The notes under the pieces: model-generated
Told to the model about the DNA's origin: nothing
The model's database searches: none
The model's input: only the letters and a program-made list of their open reading frames with translations
Origin: Ostreococcus lucimarinus
Taxonomy: Eukaryota
Strand: one strand, 5' to 3'
DNA length: 64,000 nt
Assembly: GCA_000092065.1 (NCBI GenBank)
Contig: CP000597.1
Position numbers and translations under genes: made by a program
Shown here: in pieces, positions 1 through 10,900 of the stretch
Layout of the letters: every line of letters begins with the position of its first letter
How positions within the stretch are numbered: the stretch's first letter is position 1

Positions 1-1053
1 GAGTGGTTTGCGGGCTGTTACTTCAGGCAGCCGGGCGTGGAATCCCATCCATGTTTGGCGTTAATCAGCCCGTAAAGTAACGAGCTCGCATTCTGAGCGG
101 CCGCGGGGAAGTTACTTACTATCTCGGCCCCGATGCAGTTTGCTCTGGAAACCGGGCTTACACCTACTTCTGCCTTACCTCTGTTTTCGAATCTCTCATC
201 TCGCGCGTTTTCTCGGTCACTCACCGAGTTGTTTAATTTTCCCATCGCAGAAATCGCTAGCGTCGAGCTTTCCAAGACGACGCGAGCGTACACGGGTAGA
301 AGTTTTATAGGTGCGTGCATCGTCGAACGGCGCGAATGTTTCGTTTATTTTCTATGGATGCGCGTCATGGCGAGAGTGATGAAATGGTGATGATTGCGAT
401 GATTATAACCTCGAGGCTGTTTGTTAGAAGGCCATGTGCCTGTGCGCTCAATCACTTCAAAAACGACTTCTCCTTTCGCTGAGCAATCATCACTTCAATG
501 TTAAGAACTCTCGTCGGCACAGCCGATGATGCAGCAATTTCGTGTGCAGCGCAGTACGTCGTCGGGGAATCTGGATTTCCAGGCGAACCTTCCTCGATCG
601 CGGCGTATGAGAATCCGTTCTCGGCTTGGCACAAATCGCGCGGTTACGCCGCTGTCTGAGGCTTGTCGCTGACCATCTTTTTTCTTTACTCGTGGCGAAC
701 AAATTTCACCATACTGACCCCGATCGTTTGGGTTTGCGCTCCACTCAGTACACATAGGATATAGACGGTTAGATGCATAGATGATTAGAGATTTGGTTAC
801 GACTCGAGCGCGAACGACTTCGCGAGCGGCGCAAGGACATGACGAAATACCATTGTTTCACGACGGTCTTCTGATGCCTCGGTTTTGATGACTTGCATGG
901 TGCTAGTACTCCGATCCTTTCTGTCGCTCGCACGTCGTTCGTACGACGAATCATTAGCGCGCGCGCGCACCGTTTGTAAAAATAACGTCGCGCACAAAAA
1001 AACTTGTCTGGCAATTTAGCGCAAAGCCGCGTCTCGTGTTACAAAAAAACTAA

Positions 1054-1743
1054 TCAAGGACACATCAAACTCAGCGCCGTGATGTTCCCAGTCACCGGAT
1101 TCTCCCCATCAGCCACCTTACACAGTCCCGTCAGCACATCCTTTCGCACGATCACATCCGACCAGTCACTATTCGTAAGCTTCACCTCGTCCAACTGCGC
1201 GCTGCTCACGATGGCGCCGCTAAGAATCGCGTTCGTGAAATCCGCTCCCGTCAGGTTCGCCTGCCCCAGGTTTGCGTTGCTCAAATTCGCGTTCACAAAC
1301 GTCGCGTTGGATAAATCCGCCCCGAACAGCGTGATTCCGGTCAAATTCGCGTCGTTGAAGTTCGCGCGCTTGAGCGACCCCTTCGTGAAGTACTCGCCGG
1401 TGCCCTCGAAGTTCTTCCCGCTGTAGTCGTACCCATCGCACGAGTTCGTCGCGCACTCGCTCGTCTGCGGGATCGCCAGCGCGACGGGCGCCGCGGACGC
1501 GCTCATCGCGAGCGCGGCGAGCGCGGCGACGAGCGCGGGCGCGGCGTCGGACCGCGGTGACGTCGTCGGGACGGCGCGCGGCGGGACAGCGCGCGCGCGC
1601 GGCGCGGTGACGCGGTGCGCGGGCGCGCGGGCGATGGGAGCGAACGTCGTCGTCGCGGTGGCGCGCATTCGGCGAGCGTGGGGCGGTGCGCGCGGAGATG
1701 TGAGGTGGTTTAAAGAATCGGTGAGTTGGAGTAAAAAATGCAA
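1054..1743 (-). CDS. Pentapeptide-repeat protein with an S/A/R/T/P-rich N-terminal presequence (thylakoid-lumen TL15/TL17-like). The likely true start is the ATG at 1668; the ORF track starts at 1743.
   Basis: Translation contains consecutive A(N/D)LxG pentapeptide repeats (ANLTGITLFGADLSNATFVNANLSNANLGQANLTGADFTNAILSG). The N-terminus MRATATTTFAPIARAP...AALAALAMSASAAPVALA resembles a bipartite transit plus lumen-targeting peptide. Lower-GC, conserved-looking coding core. Confidence 0.65.
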   Translation of the reverse strand: MHFLLQLTDSLNHLTSPRAPPHARRMRATATTTFAPIARAPAHRVTAPRARAVPPRAVPTTSPRSDAAPALVAALAALAMSASAAPVALAIPQTSECATNSCDGYDYSGKNFEGTGEYFTKGSLKRANFNDANLTGITLFGADLSNATFVNANLSNANLGQANLTGADFTNAILSGAIVSSAQLDEVKLTNSDWSDVIVRKDVLTGLCKVADGENPVTGNITALSLMCP

Positions 1744-1746
1744 GCG

Positions 1747-3195
1747 TCAACGTCGCCGCTTGACGCCGTGGATGATGGAGGCGTACAAATCGAACTGAAA
1801 GCTCGCGGCGACGTCGTCAGCGAATGGATAAGGCGCACCACAGCGGTACGCGGCGACGAGACCGGAAATGATGGCGATCTCGTGCGTGTTGACCGAAGTG
1901 TACGAGCCGGCGTAGAGCGTACGACGCTTGTTTTGGACGAAACGCCAAAAAGGTACGGCGCGCGTGAAATGCCGAACCGTGTGGCCGAATTGTCGCCACC
2001 ACTTGACGAGTAAAACGCGATTTGGGTCGATTTCGTCGCGAGTCCATCGCGATTTGTCTTTTGCGGCGTTCAAGAAGATGGATTGATACACTCGCTCGCC
2101 GTTCGCGCCCTTGGCGAACGGTTGGTACGCCGTCAGGTCGAAGCTCATCTCGCACAGCGACGGATCATCGTCGTAAGATTTGATAAAGTACATATCGCGC
2201 ACGTCTTCCGCGACTTCGTAGTGCTTCTTCATGTAAGCCTCATCGGAATGCGTGACGGAGACGTCGTCAAAGTACTCGATGTTGTTGAAAATGTGGCGCT
2301 CCATCATCGACGTCCCCGTGCCCGCATCGAGCATCGCCTTCGACTGCTCGGTGTTACACGCGAAAATCACGCGATCGCACTCTCGCACCTCGATCGCCCC
2401 TTCGGCGTTTTCAAAGTGCACTCGAACGCACTTTTTCTCGCGCTCAACCTTGACCACGCGCGCGTTCAACGTCACCCGACCCCCGTGACTCGTTATGTCC
2501 TCCCCGATCCGACGATACATCTCCGAAAACTTTGGAAACGCAAACATTTTCGGCGCTTCGCTCATAAACCGCACGGGATCGTAATCATACAACCGCAATC
2601 GATCATCGTTGAACACGCGCGCGAGCACGATGCTGCTCACCTTGCGCGTGCAGTTCCCCGTCCCAAAAAACAACGCCGTCGTCGCGTACACCATCCGATC
2701 CCGAAACGCCTTCGAGTGTCCGTGCCATCGCAGCGCTCGCTCCACGCTCACGAACGCGTACAGCGCCTCGAACCGTTTTATGCGTTTCAGCGTCTTTTCA
2801 AACCTCGCGATGTCGTCTCGCAGCGCTCGCGTCAGCGCCGTCGCCTCCCCGTGATTCCGCCAGTGCGCCTCTCCTCGCCCGAAGCTCACTCGGACGTCCA
2901 CCCAATGCGGCGTCTCCGTCCCGCACGCCTCCATGATCGCTCGCGCGTTCGCGTAGCTCGTCGCGCCGCCCTGCACGCCGTCGTTGATGGTCGTCCCGCC
3001 CACGACCTCGCTCGTCGCGACGCCGCCGAGCGCGTCGCCGCGCTCGAGCGTCTCCACGTCCGCGCCCGCGCGCGCGAGCGCGAACGACGCCGCGCACCCG
3101 GCCGCGCCGCCGCCGACGACGACGACGCGCATCGCGCGCGTCGCTCGCGCGTCGGCGTGTCCCGACGGTTCGCGTCGCGTGACGTCACCCCGCAC
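1747..3195 (-). CDS. FAD/NAD(P)-binding oxidoreductase (amine-oxidase-like fold); specific enzyme not identified.
   Basis: N-terminal dinucleotide-binding motif VVVVGGGAAGCAASFALARAG...DVETLERGDALGG. 482-aa uninterrupted ORF with non-repetitive composition. Confidence 0.5.
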   Translation of the reverse strand: MRGDVTRREPSGHADARATRAMRVVVVGGGAAGCAASFALARAGADVETLERGDALGGVATSEVVGGTTINDGVQGGATSYANARAIMEACGTETPHWVDVRVSFGRGEAHWRNHGEATALTRALRDDIARFEKTLKRIKRFEALYAFVSVERALRWHGHSKAFRDRMVYATTALFFGTGNCTRKVSSIVLARVFNDDRLRLYDYDPVRFMSEAPKMFAFPKFSEMYRRIGEDITSHGGRVTLNARVVKVEREKKCVRVHFENAEGAIEVRECDRVIFACNTEQSKAMLDAGTGTSMMERHIFNNIEYFDDVSVTHSDEAYMKKHYEVAEDVRDMYFIKSYDDDPSLCEMSFDLTAYQPFAKGANGERVYQSIFLNAAKDKSRWTRDEIDPNRVLLVKWWRQFGHTVRHFTRAVPFWRFVQNKRRTLYAGSYTSVNTHEIAIISGLVAAYRCGAPYPFADDVAASFQFDLYASIIHGVKRRR

Positions 3196-3318
3196 ACGAC
3201 GACGCGCGCGCGCGCGCGCGATCGCGCGCGCGCGACGGCGGCGAGGCGCGCGCGACCGACGCGCGGCGACCGACGCGCGGCGAACGCGCGCGACGCGACG
3301 CGCGCGCGAGCGAGAGAG

Positions 3319-4767
3319 ATGGATTCGTTGGTGAATGATGACGCGGCGGCGGCGGCGGCGGCGATGACGCGCGAGGACGACGCGACGGCGGCGATCGACG
3401 GCGCGGAGACGCGCGAGACGGGCGATGGCGGTGACATCGACGCACCGCGCGCGGACGAAGCGCGGAAACCGCCGACGAATCCGAATAAGAAACGGAAGTG
3501 CGCGGTGACGTTTGCCTACGTCGGCGCCGGGTACGCGGGCATGCAGCGAAACCCGGGCGTGCGGACGATCGAGGGGGAGCTGGAGGGCGCGATCGCGCGC
3601 GCGGGAGGGATATCCGATGCGAATGCGGGCGATTTCGCGAAAGTGCAGTGGACGCGGGCGGCGAGGACGGATAAGGGGGTGTCGGCGGTGGGGCAGGTGG
3701 TGGCGCTGAAGATGGTGTTGGAACCGAGCGGGATGGTGGAGAGGATTAACGCGGCTTTGCCGGAGCGATTTGAGGTGTTTGGGATCGATCGAGTCACCGG
3801 GGGGTTTAACGCGAAGACGATGTGCGATCGGCGACGGTATGAGTACGTGATACCGACGCGGGCGTTTGATCCGAATCTCGGCGCCGAGGGCGCGGCGGAG
3901 GCGTTCGCGTTTACGGAGGAGACGCGCTCGCGGGTGGACGGTGTGCTAAAAAATTACTGCGGGACGCATAATTTTCATAACTATACGGTTAAGGTGAAAC
4001 CAACGGACGCGCAAGCGAAGCGCTACATCATAAGCTTCGAATGCTCGGCGCCGTTTGAGGTGGAGGGCGAGCAATTCGTTCGGTGCCAAGTCGTCGGGCA
4101 GTCGTTCATGTTGCACCAGATTCGCAAGCTCATCGGCACCATGCTCGCCGTCGTTCGAGGTGAGCTGACCGAGGACGACCAGAAATTTGCACTGCTCACG
4201 CACGAATTCGTGCCGACGCCCATGGCGCCCGAACTCGGGCTCTTCCTTTGCGAGTGCATCTACAAGGCGTACAACGACAAATTCGGCGGCGTGCACGAAA
4301 ACTTTGAACTGGCCAAGTACAGCGAGCGAAGCGAGTCGTTCAAGCAAACGCACGTGTACCCGCACATCGCGAAACAAGAGCGAGAGGAATCAACCATGCA
4401 AAACTGGATCCGCGACGTCCTCTGCGGGCGCGATTTACGCGACCAATTCGACGCCGCCATGGCCGCCTCGCTCGCCCGAGACGAAACCCTCGACGTCTCG
4501 CGCGTCGGCCACAGACAATCAAAGAAGCGTCAATCCCTCGAGGATTCCCGCGCCGCGCGCGCCGACGCCGACGCCTTTCGAGACGTCCTCCTCGCCGGCG
4601 CCGATCGCGCCAAGTCTCGCAAGCTCTCCGTTCGTTTCAACGACAGGAGCGCCGAAATCGACCGCGCCGCGTCCGCCGCGCGCGTCGTCCCCATCGCGCC
4701 CCCCCCGCCCCCGACTTCTCGCGCTCGCGCGCTCGACGACGCCGAGCTCAGCGACGGTTCGCTGTAA
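3319..4767 (+). CDS. tRNA pseudouridine synthase, TruA/Pus1 family. Start placed at the ATG at 3319; the 5' part of the 894-aa ORF-track entry is antisense noise over the upstream gene.
   Basis: TruA-family motifs: KKRKCAVTFAYVGAGYAGMQRNPGVRTIEGELEGAI, then AARTDKGVSAVGQVVALK (catalytic-Asp RTDKGVSA), then YEYVIPT...YCGTHNFHNYT...QIRKLIG. Confidence 0.7.
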   Translation: MDSLVNDDAAAAAAAMTREDDATAAIDGAETRETGDGGDIDAPRADEARKPPTNPNKKRKCAVTFAYVGAGYAGMQRNPGVRTIEGELEGAIARAGGISDANAGDFAKVQWTRAARTDKGVSAVGQVVALKMVLEPSGMVERINAALPERFEVFGIDRVTGGFNAKTMCDRRRYEYVIPTRAFDPNLGAEGAAEAFAFTEETRSRVDGVLKNYCGTHNFHNYTVKVKPTDAQAKRYIISFECSAPFEVEGEQFVRCQVVGQSFMLHQIRKLIGTMLAVVRGELTEDDQKFALLTHEFVPTPMAPELGLFLCECIYKAYNDKFGGVHENFELAKYSERSESFKQTHVYPHIAKQEREESTMQNWIRDVLCGRDLRDQFDAAMAASLARDETLDVSRVGHRQSKKRQSLEDSRAARADADAFRDVLLAGADRAKSRKLSVRFNDRSAEIDRAASAARVVPIAPPPPPTSRARALDDAELSDGSL

Positions 4768-4950
4768 CGCCCATCGACGCCCATTTTCATCGCTTCGCCT
4801 CCCTCGCGCCTCGCGTCCCGCGTCCGTCGCTCCCGCCTAACCACCCCTGACGAGTCGTGACCCATCGGGACCCCCGTCGAGTTTAAACCGTGCGCGCGAG
4901 CCGCGGGCGGTCGCGCACTTCGCGACGCGCCGTCGCGCGCTACGACGCGC

Positions 4951-7900
4951 ATGCGGCTCGACGACGGCGACGACGCGCGACGAAGGGACGCGCGCGCGGT
5001 TCGAGCGCGCGCGACGCGGACGCCGACGCGCGCGGCGACCACGCGCGGCGATGTCGTCGACGCCGCTGCCGCCGATGATGACATCGACGACGACGCCGTC
5101 GCGCGACCGGACGCGACGCGACGACGACGACGCGACGACGACGCGACGACGACGACGCGCGATGATGAGACGACGCGCGCGCGAGAGGGCGCGAGCGGAC
5201 GCCGGCGAGCGCGGGAACGAGGGAGAGCGACGAGGCGTCGTCGACGGCTCGGGACGGCGGCGGCGGCGGCGGCGACGGCGGCGTTGGCGGCGACGGTCGA
5301 GCGCGTCGGCGTGGACGCGTCGACGGCGCTCACGAAGGGGGTGGCGAGGAATGGTTTCGTGTCGTCGAGCGGGTATAAGTACTATAAGGTGAATGTGGCG
5401 TGCGTGGAGGCGGCGCAGCCGCTGACGTTGGAGCTGACGACGAGCAACGGGGACGCGAACTTGTACGTGTCTCGATCGGCGCAGCCGACGACTTCGTCGT
5501 ACGAACAGCGGAGCGTGAACGTTGGAAATGCGTTGGATTCGGTGACGATCACGAGTCCGGTGAATGGGTACTATTACGTGAGCGTGTACGGCGCGCTGTC
5601 CAGCACGTACAAGCTTCGAGCGCTCACGACGATGTTTACCGGGAAACATCCGTGCACGGGATTTCGAATCACCGATAGCGACGTCTCGAGCGTTGGCTCG
5701 GGATCTGGAAATCAGTTCATACTGCAAGAAGCGCTCACCGCGAGCGCGGCGGCGGGATTCACCGCGGATGTGTCCGTCGACGGCGACGTCATCCTCGGCG
5801 ACGCGTACACCGATTCGGTGACGGCGAAAGGAGAGCTCAAGCTCGGCGTGACGGACAGTACGTACTACGCCATCACGCGACAATCGCCGAGCGCACCGAG
5901 CAGCAACCCGGGCGGCGCTTTGTCGATCGTCGGCGCGAACGCGACCTATCAGGGGGGATCGGTAAAGATTCTCGGCGGAACGGGCGGTTCGGGGGCGGGC
6001 GGCGACGTCGTGATCGAGGCGGGGTCGGCGTCTGGCGGCAACGGTGGCGATTTGAAGTTACGTGGCGGCACGTCGAACTCAGGAACGGGCGGCGACGTCG
6101 TCATAGATGCCGGAGATAGCACGACACAAGCATCTTCGTACGAGGGCATCATTCACATAGGTCCAACTTCTGCGTCGTTTGTGCGCGTCGGCGAGAGTTC
6201 AAATAAGCAAGTTCAAACCGATATTTTCGGCGACTTGACGGTGCACGGAAATCTCTTGACAACGAATGATGTGGTGTACGCGAACAGCTACACGAGTTAC
6301 GTGCAGGTTTCAACCTCTCAAGACGGCATGTTTCATCAAGAAGTGCGCGCGCCAAAGATTACAGGTCTGGACGCGGAGGACATCACGGGCACTCCAACGA
6401 GCACGTTGACTTTAGACGCTGGCATGCGAGGGAGTCAGCAACACGTCGTGATCGCTCCGAGCGAGGCAACGGCGGTTTACATAGGTAGCAGCACATCCAC
6501 GATTCCGGTCTCGATAAGGCAAGGCGCGAACGCAGGAGACGTGCGAGTGCACGCTGATGGCAGCGGCGCGCTGTCCGTGACTTCGGCCGCAGGGCAGGAC
6601 CTGACGCTCGCGTCCGGCGACGACGTGGTGGTGACCACCGCGGCGAGTAAGACGCTCGCGCTGAAGCAGGACTCGACGAGCATTTTGAGCTGGGACGCGG
6701 CCGGCGCTGTGACTGTGAACTCCGTGAGCGGGCAGGACCTGACGCTGAGCACGGGCGGTAGCGCGGCCGTGACTGTGGACTCGACCGGGCAGGTGGGCAT
6801 CGGGACGACGACGCCGGGGAAGACGCTGGACGTCACCGGGACGGCGCGCGTGAGTGGCGCGACGACGCTGAGTAGCACGCTTGACGTGACTGGCGCTACG
6901 ACGCTCGCATCCGTGGGCGTGACCGGTGCGGCCACCGTCGGCGGGACTTTAGGTGTGACTGGCGCTACGACGCTCGCATCCGTGGGCGTGACCGGCGCGG
7001 CCACCGTCGGCGGGACTTTAGGTGTGACTGGCGCTACGACGCTCGCATCCGTGGGCGTGACCGGCGCGGCCACCGTCGGCACGACGCTCGGCGTGACTGG
7101 CGCTACGACGCTCACCGGCGACGTGACGATGAGCAACGACTTGACCGTGAGCGGTGCGCTTACTGTGACATCTGATGCCGCTGTGAGTTTGACCTCTGCA
7201 AGTGGTTCGGACGTGAGCTTGACGAGCGCCGGTACGGGTGGCATCGTGTTGACGTCGACGGACGACATCACGCTCGATGCTGCCGATGATGTGACGATCG
7301 ATGCCGCCGGTGCTTTGTCTTTGGAGCAGGGCGGGACGAGTATTTTGAGCTGGACCGACACCGGCGCTGTGACTTTGAACTCCTTAGGCGGGCAGACCCT
7401 GAGCGTGTCGAGCCTCAGCTCGGCCGGGAACGCGGGCGCCGTGAGCGTGTCCGGCGGCACGACGACTGGGACGTCCTCGAACACCGGCGGCGACTTGACG
7501 CTGCAATCTGGCGGCGCGCCCGCTGGCAGCGTGAACGGTGACGTTCTGGTGGACTCGGCCACTGGTCTAGGCACCGCCGGCTCGATCACGCTTCGCCAGG
7601 GGGTGGGCGGTGAGCGTGTTTCTGTGGACGCGAACGGCGCCGTGAGTCTGGACACGCACTCCGGGCAGGACCTGACGCTGAGCACGGGCGGTAGCGCGGC
7701 CGTGACTGTGGACTCGACCGGGCAGGTGGGCATCGGGACGACGACGCCGGGGAAGACGCTGGACGTCACCGGGACGGCGCGCGTGAGTGGCGCGACGACG
7801 CTGAGTAGCACGCTTGGCGTGACTGGCGCTACGACGCTCGCATCCGTGGGCGTGACCGGTGCGGCCACCGTCGGCGGGACTTTAGGTGTGACTGGCGCTA

Positions 7901-10900
7901 CGACGCTCGCATCCGTGGGCGTGACCGGCGCGGCCACCGTCGGCACGACGCTCGGCGTGACTGGCGCTACGACGCTCACCGGCGACGTGACGATGAGCAA
8001 CGACTTGACCGTGAGCGGTGCGCTTACTGTGACATCTGATGCCGCTGTGAGTTTGACCTCTGCAAGTGGTTCGGACGTGAGCTTGACGAGCGCCGGTACG
8101 GGTGGCATCGTGTTGACGTCGACGGACGACATCACGCTCGATGCTGCCGATGATGTGACGATCGATGCCGCCGGTGCTTTGTCTTTGGAGCAGGGCGGGA
8201 CGAGTATTTTGAGCTGGACCGACACCGGCGCTGTGACTTTGAACTCCTTAGGCGGGCAGACCCTGAGCGTGTCGAGCCTCAGCTCGGCCGGGAACGCGGG
8301 CGCCGTGAGCGTGTCCGGCGGCACGACGACTGGGACGTCCTCGAACACCGGCGGCGACTTGACGCTGCAATCTGGCGGCGCGCCCGCTGGCAGCGTGAAC
8401 GGTGACGTTCTGGTGGACTCGGCCACTGGTCTAGGCACCGCCGGCTCGATCACGCTTCGCCAGGGGGTGGGCGGTGAGCGTGTTTCTGTGGACGCGAACG
8501 GCGCCGTGAGTCTGGACACGCACTCCGGGCAGGACCTGACGCTGAGCACGGGCGGTAGCGCGGCCGTGACTGTGGACTCGACCGGGCAGGTGGGCATCGG
8601 GACGACGACGCCGGGGAAGACGCTGGACGTCACCGGGACGGCGCGCGTGAGTGGCGCGACGACGCTGAGTAGCACGCTTGGCGTGACTGGCGCTACGACG
8701 CTCGCATCCGTGGGCGTGACCGGTGCGGCCACCGTCGGCGGGACTTTAGGTGTGACTGGCGCTACGACGCTCGGCGGGACTTTAGGTGTGACTGGCGCTA
8801 CGACGCTCGCATCCGTGGGCGTGACCGGCGCGGCCACCGTCGGCACGACGCTTGGCGTGACTGGCGCTACGACGCTCGGCGGGACTTTAGGTGTGACTGG
8901 CGCTACGACGCTCGCATCCGTGGGCGTGACCGGCGCGGCCACCGTCGGCACGACGCTCGGCGTGACTGGCGCTACGACGCTCGCATCTGTGGGCGTGACC
9001 GGTGCGGCCACCGTCGGCGGGACTTTAGGTGTGACTGGCGCTACGACGCTCACCGGCGACGTGACGATGAGCAACGACTTGACCGTGAGCGGTGCGCTTA
9101 CTGTGACATCTGATGCCGCTGTGAGTTTGACCTCTGCAAGTGGTTCGGACGTGAGCTTGACGAGCGCCGGTACGGGTGGCATCGTGTTGACGTCGACGGA
9201 CGACATCACGCTCGATGCTGCCGATGATGTGACGATCGATGCCGCCGGTGCTTTGTCTTTGGAGCAGGGCGGGACGAGTATTTTGAGCTGGACCGACACC
9301 GGCGCTGTGACTTTGAACTCCTTAGGCGGGCAGACCCTGAGCGTGTCGAGCCTCAGCTCGGCCGGGAACGCGGGCGCCGTGAGCGTGTCCGGCGGCACGA
9401 CGACTGGGACGTCCTCGAACACCGGCGGCGACTTGACGCTGCAATCTGGCGGCGCGCCCGCTGGCAGCGTGAACGGTGACGTTCTGGTGGACTCGGCCAC
9501 TGGTCTAGGCACCGCCGGCTCGATCACGCTTCGCCAGGGGGTGGGCGGTGAGCGTGTTTCTGTGGACGCGAACGGCGCCGTGAGTCTGGACACGCACTCC
9601 GGGCAGGACCTGACGCTGAGCACGGGCGGTAGCGCGGCCGTGACTGTGGACTCGACCGGGCAGGTGGGCATCGGGACGACGACGCCGGGGAAGACGCTGG
9701 ACGTCACCGGGACGGCGCGCGTGAGTGGCGCGACGACGCTGAGTAGCACGCTTGGCGTGACTGGCGCTACGACGCTCGCATCCGTGGGCGTGACCGGTGC
9801 GGCCACCGTCGGCGGGACTTTAGGTGTGACTGGCGCTACGACGCTCGGCGGGACTTTAGGTGTGACTGGCGCTACGACGCTCGCATCCGTGGGCGTGACC
9901 GGTGCGGCCACCGTCGGCGGGACTTTAGGTGTGACTGGCGCTACGACGCTCGGCACGACGCTCGGCGTGACTGGCGCTACGACGCTCGCATCCGTGGGCG
10001 TGACCGGCGCGGCCACCGTCGGCACGACGCTCGGCGTGACTGGCGCTACGACGCTCACCGGCGACGTGACGATGAGCAACGACTTGACCGTGAGCGGTGC
10101 GCTTACTGTGACATCTGATGCCGCTGTGAGTTTGACCTCTGCAAGTGGTTCGGACGTGAGCTTGACGAGCGCCGGTACGGGTGGCATCGTGTTGACGTCG
10201 ACGGACGACATCACGCTCGATGCTGCCGATGATGTGACGATCGATGCCGCCGGTGCTTTGTCTTTGGAGCAGGGCGGGACGAGTATTTTGAGCTGGACCG
10301 ACACCGGCGCTGTGACTTTGAACTCCTTAGGCGGGCAGACCCTGAGCGTGTCGAGCCTCAGCTCGGCCGGGAACGCGGGCGCCGTGAGCGTGTCCGGCGG
10401 CACGACGACTGGGACGTCCTCGAACACCGGCGGCGACTTGACGCTGCAATCTGGCGGCGCGCCCGCTGGCAGCGTGAACGGTGACGTTCTGGTGGACTCG
10501 GCCACTGGTCTAGGCACCGCCGGCTCGATCACGCTTCGCCAGGGGGTGGGCGGTGAGCGTGTTTCTGTGGACGCGAACGGCGCCGTGAGTCTGGACACGC
10601 ACTCCGGGCAGGACCTGACGCTGAGCACGGGCGGTAGCGCGGCCGTGACTGTGGACTCGACCGGGCAGGTGGGCATCGGGACGACGACGCCGGGGAAGAC
10701 GCTGGACGTCACCGGGACGGCGCGCGTGAGTGGCGCGACGACGCTGAGTAGCACGCTTGGCGTGACTGGCGCTACGACGCTCGGCGGGACTTTAGGTGTG
10801 ACTGGCGCTACGACGCTCGCATCCGTGGGCGTGACCGGCGCGGCCACCGTCGGCACGACGCTCGGCGTGACTGGCGCTACGACGCTCGCATCCGTGGGCG

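Noticed and set aside
120-200. A TTCGAATC-like stretch (gttttcgaatctc) that could suggest a tRNA T-arm.
   Set aside because: I could not fold the surrounding sequence into a cloverleaf with acceptor, D or anticodon stems. It is probably coincidence.
2083-3318. 5' 400 codons of the 894-aa + strand ORF 2083..4767.
   Set aside because: This part is antisense to the FAD-oxidoreductase gene, encodes R/H/L-rich nonsense, and is open only because of GC bias. The Pus1-like gene begins at the ATG at 3319.
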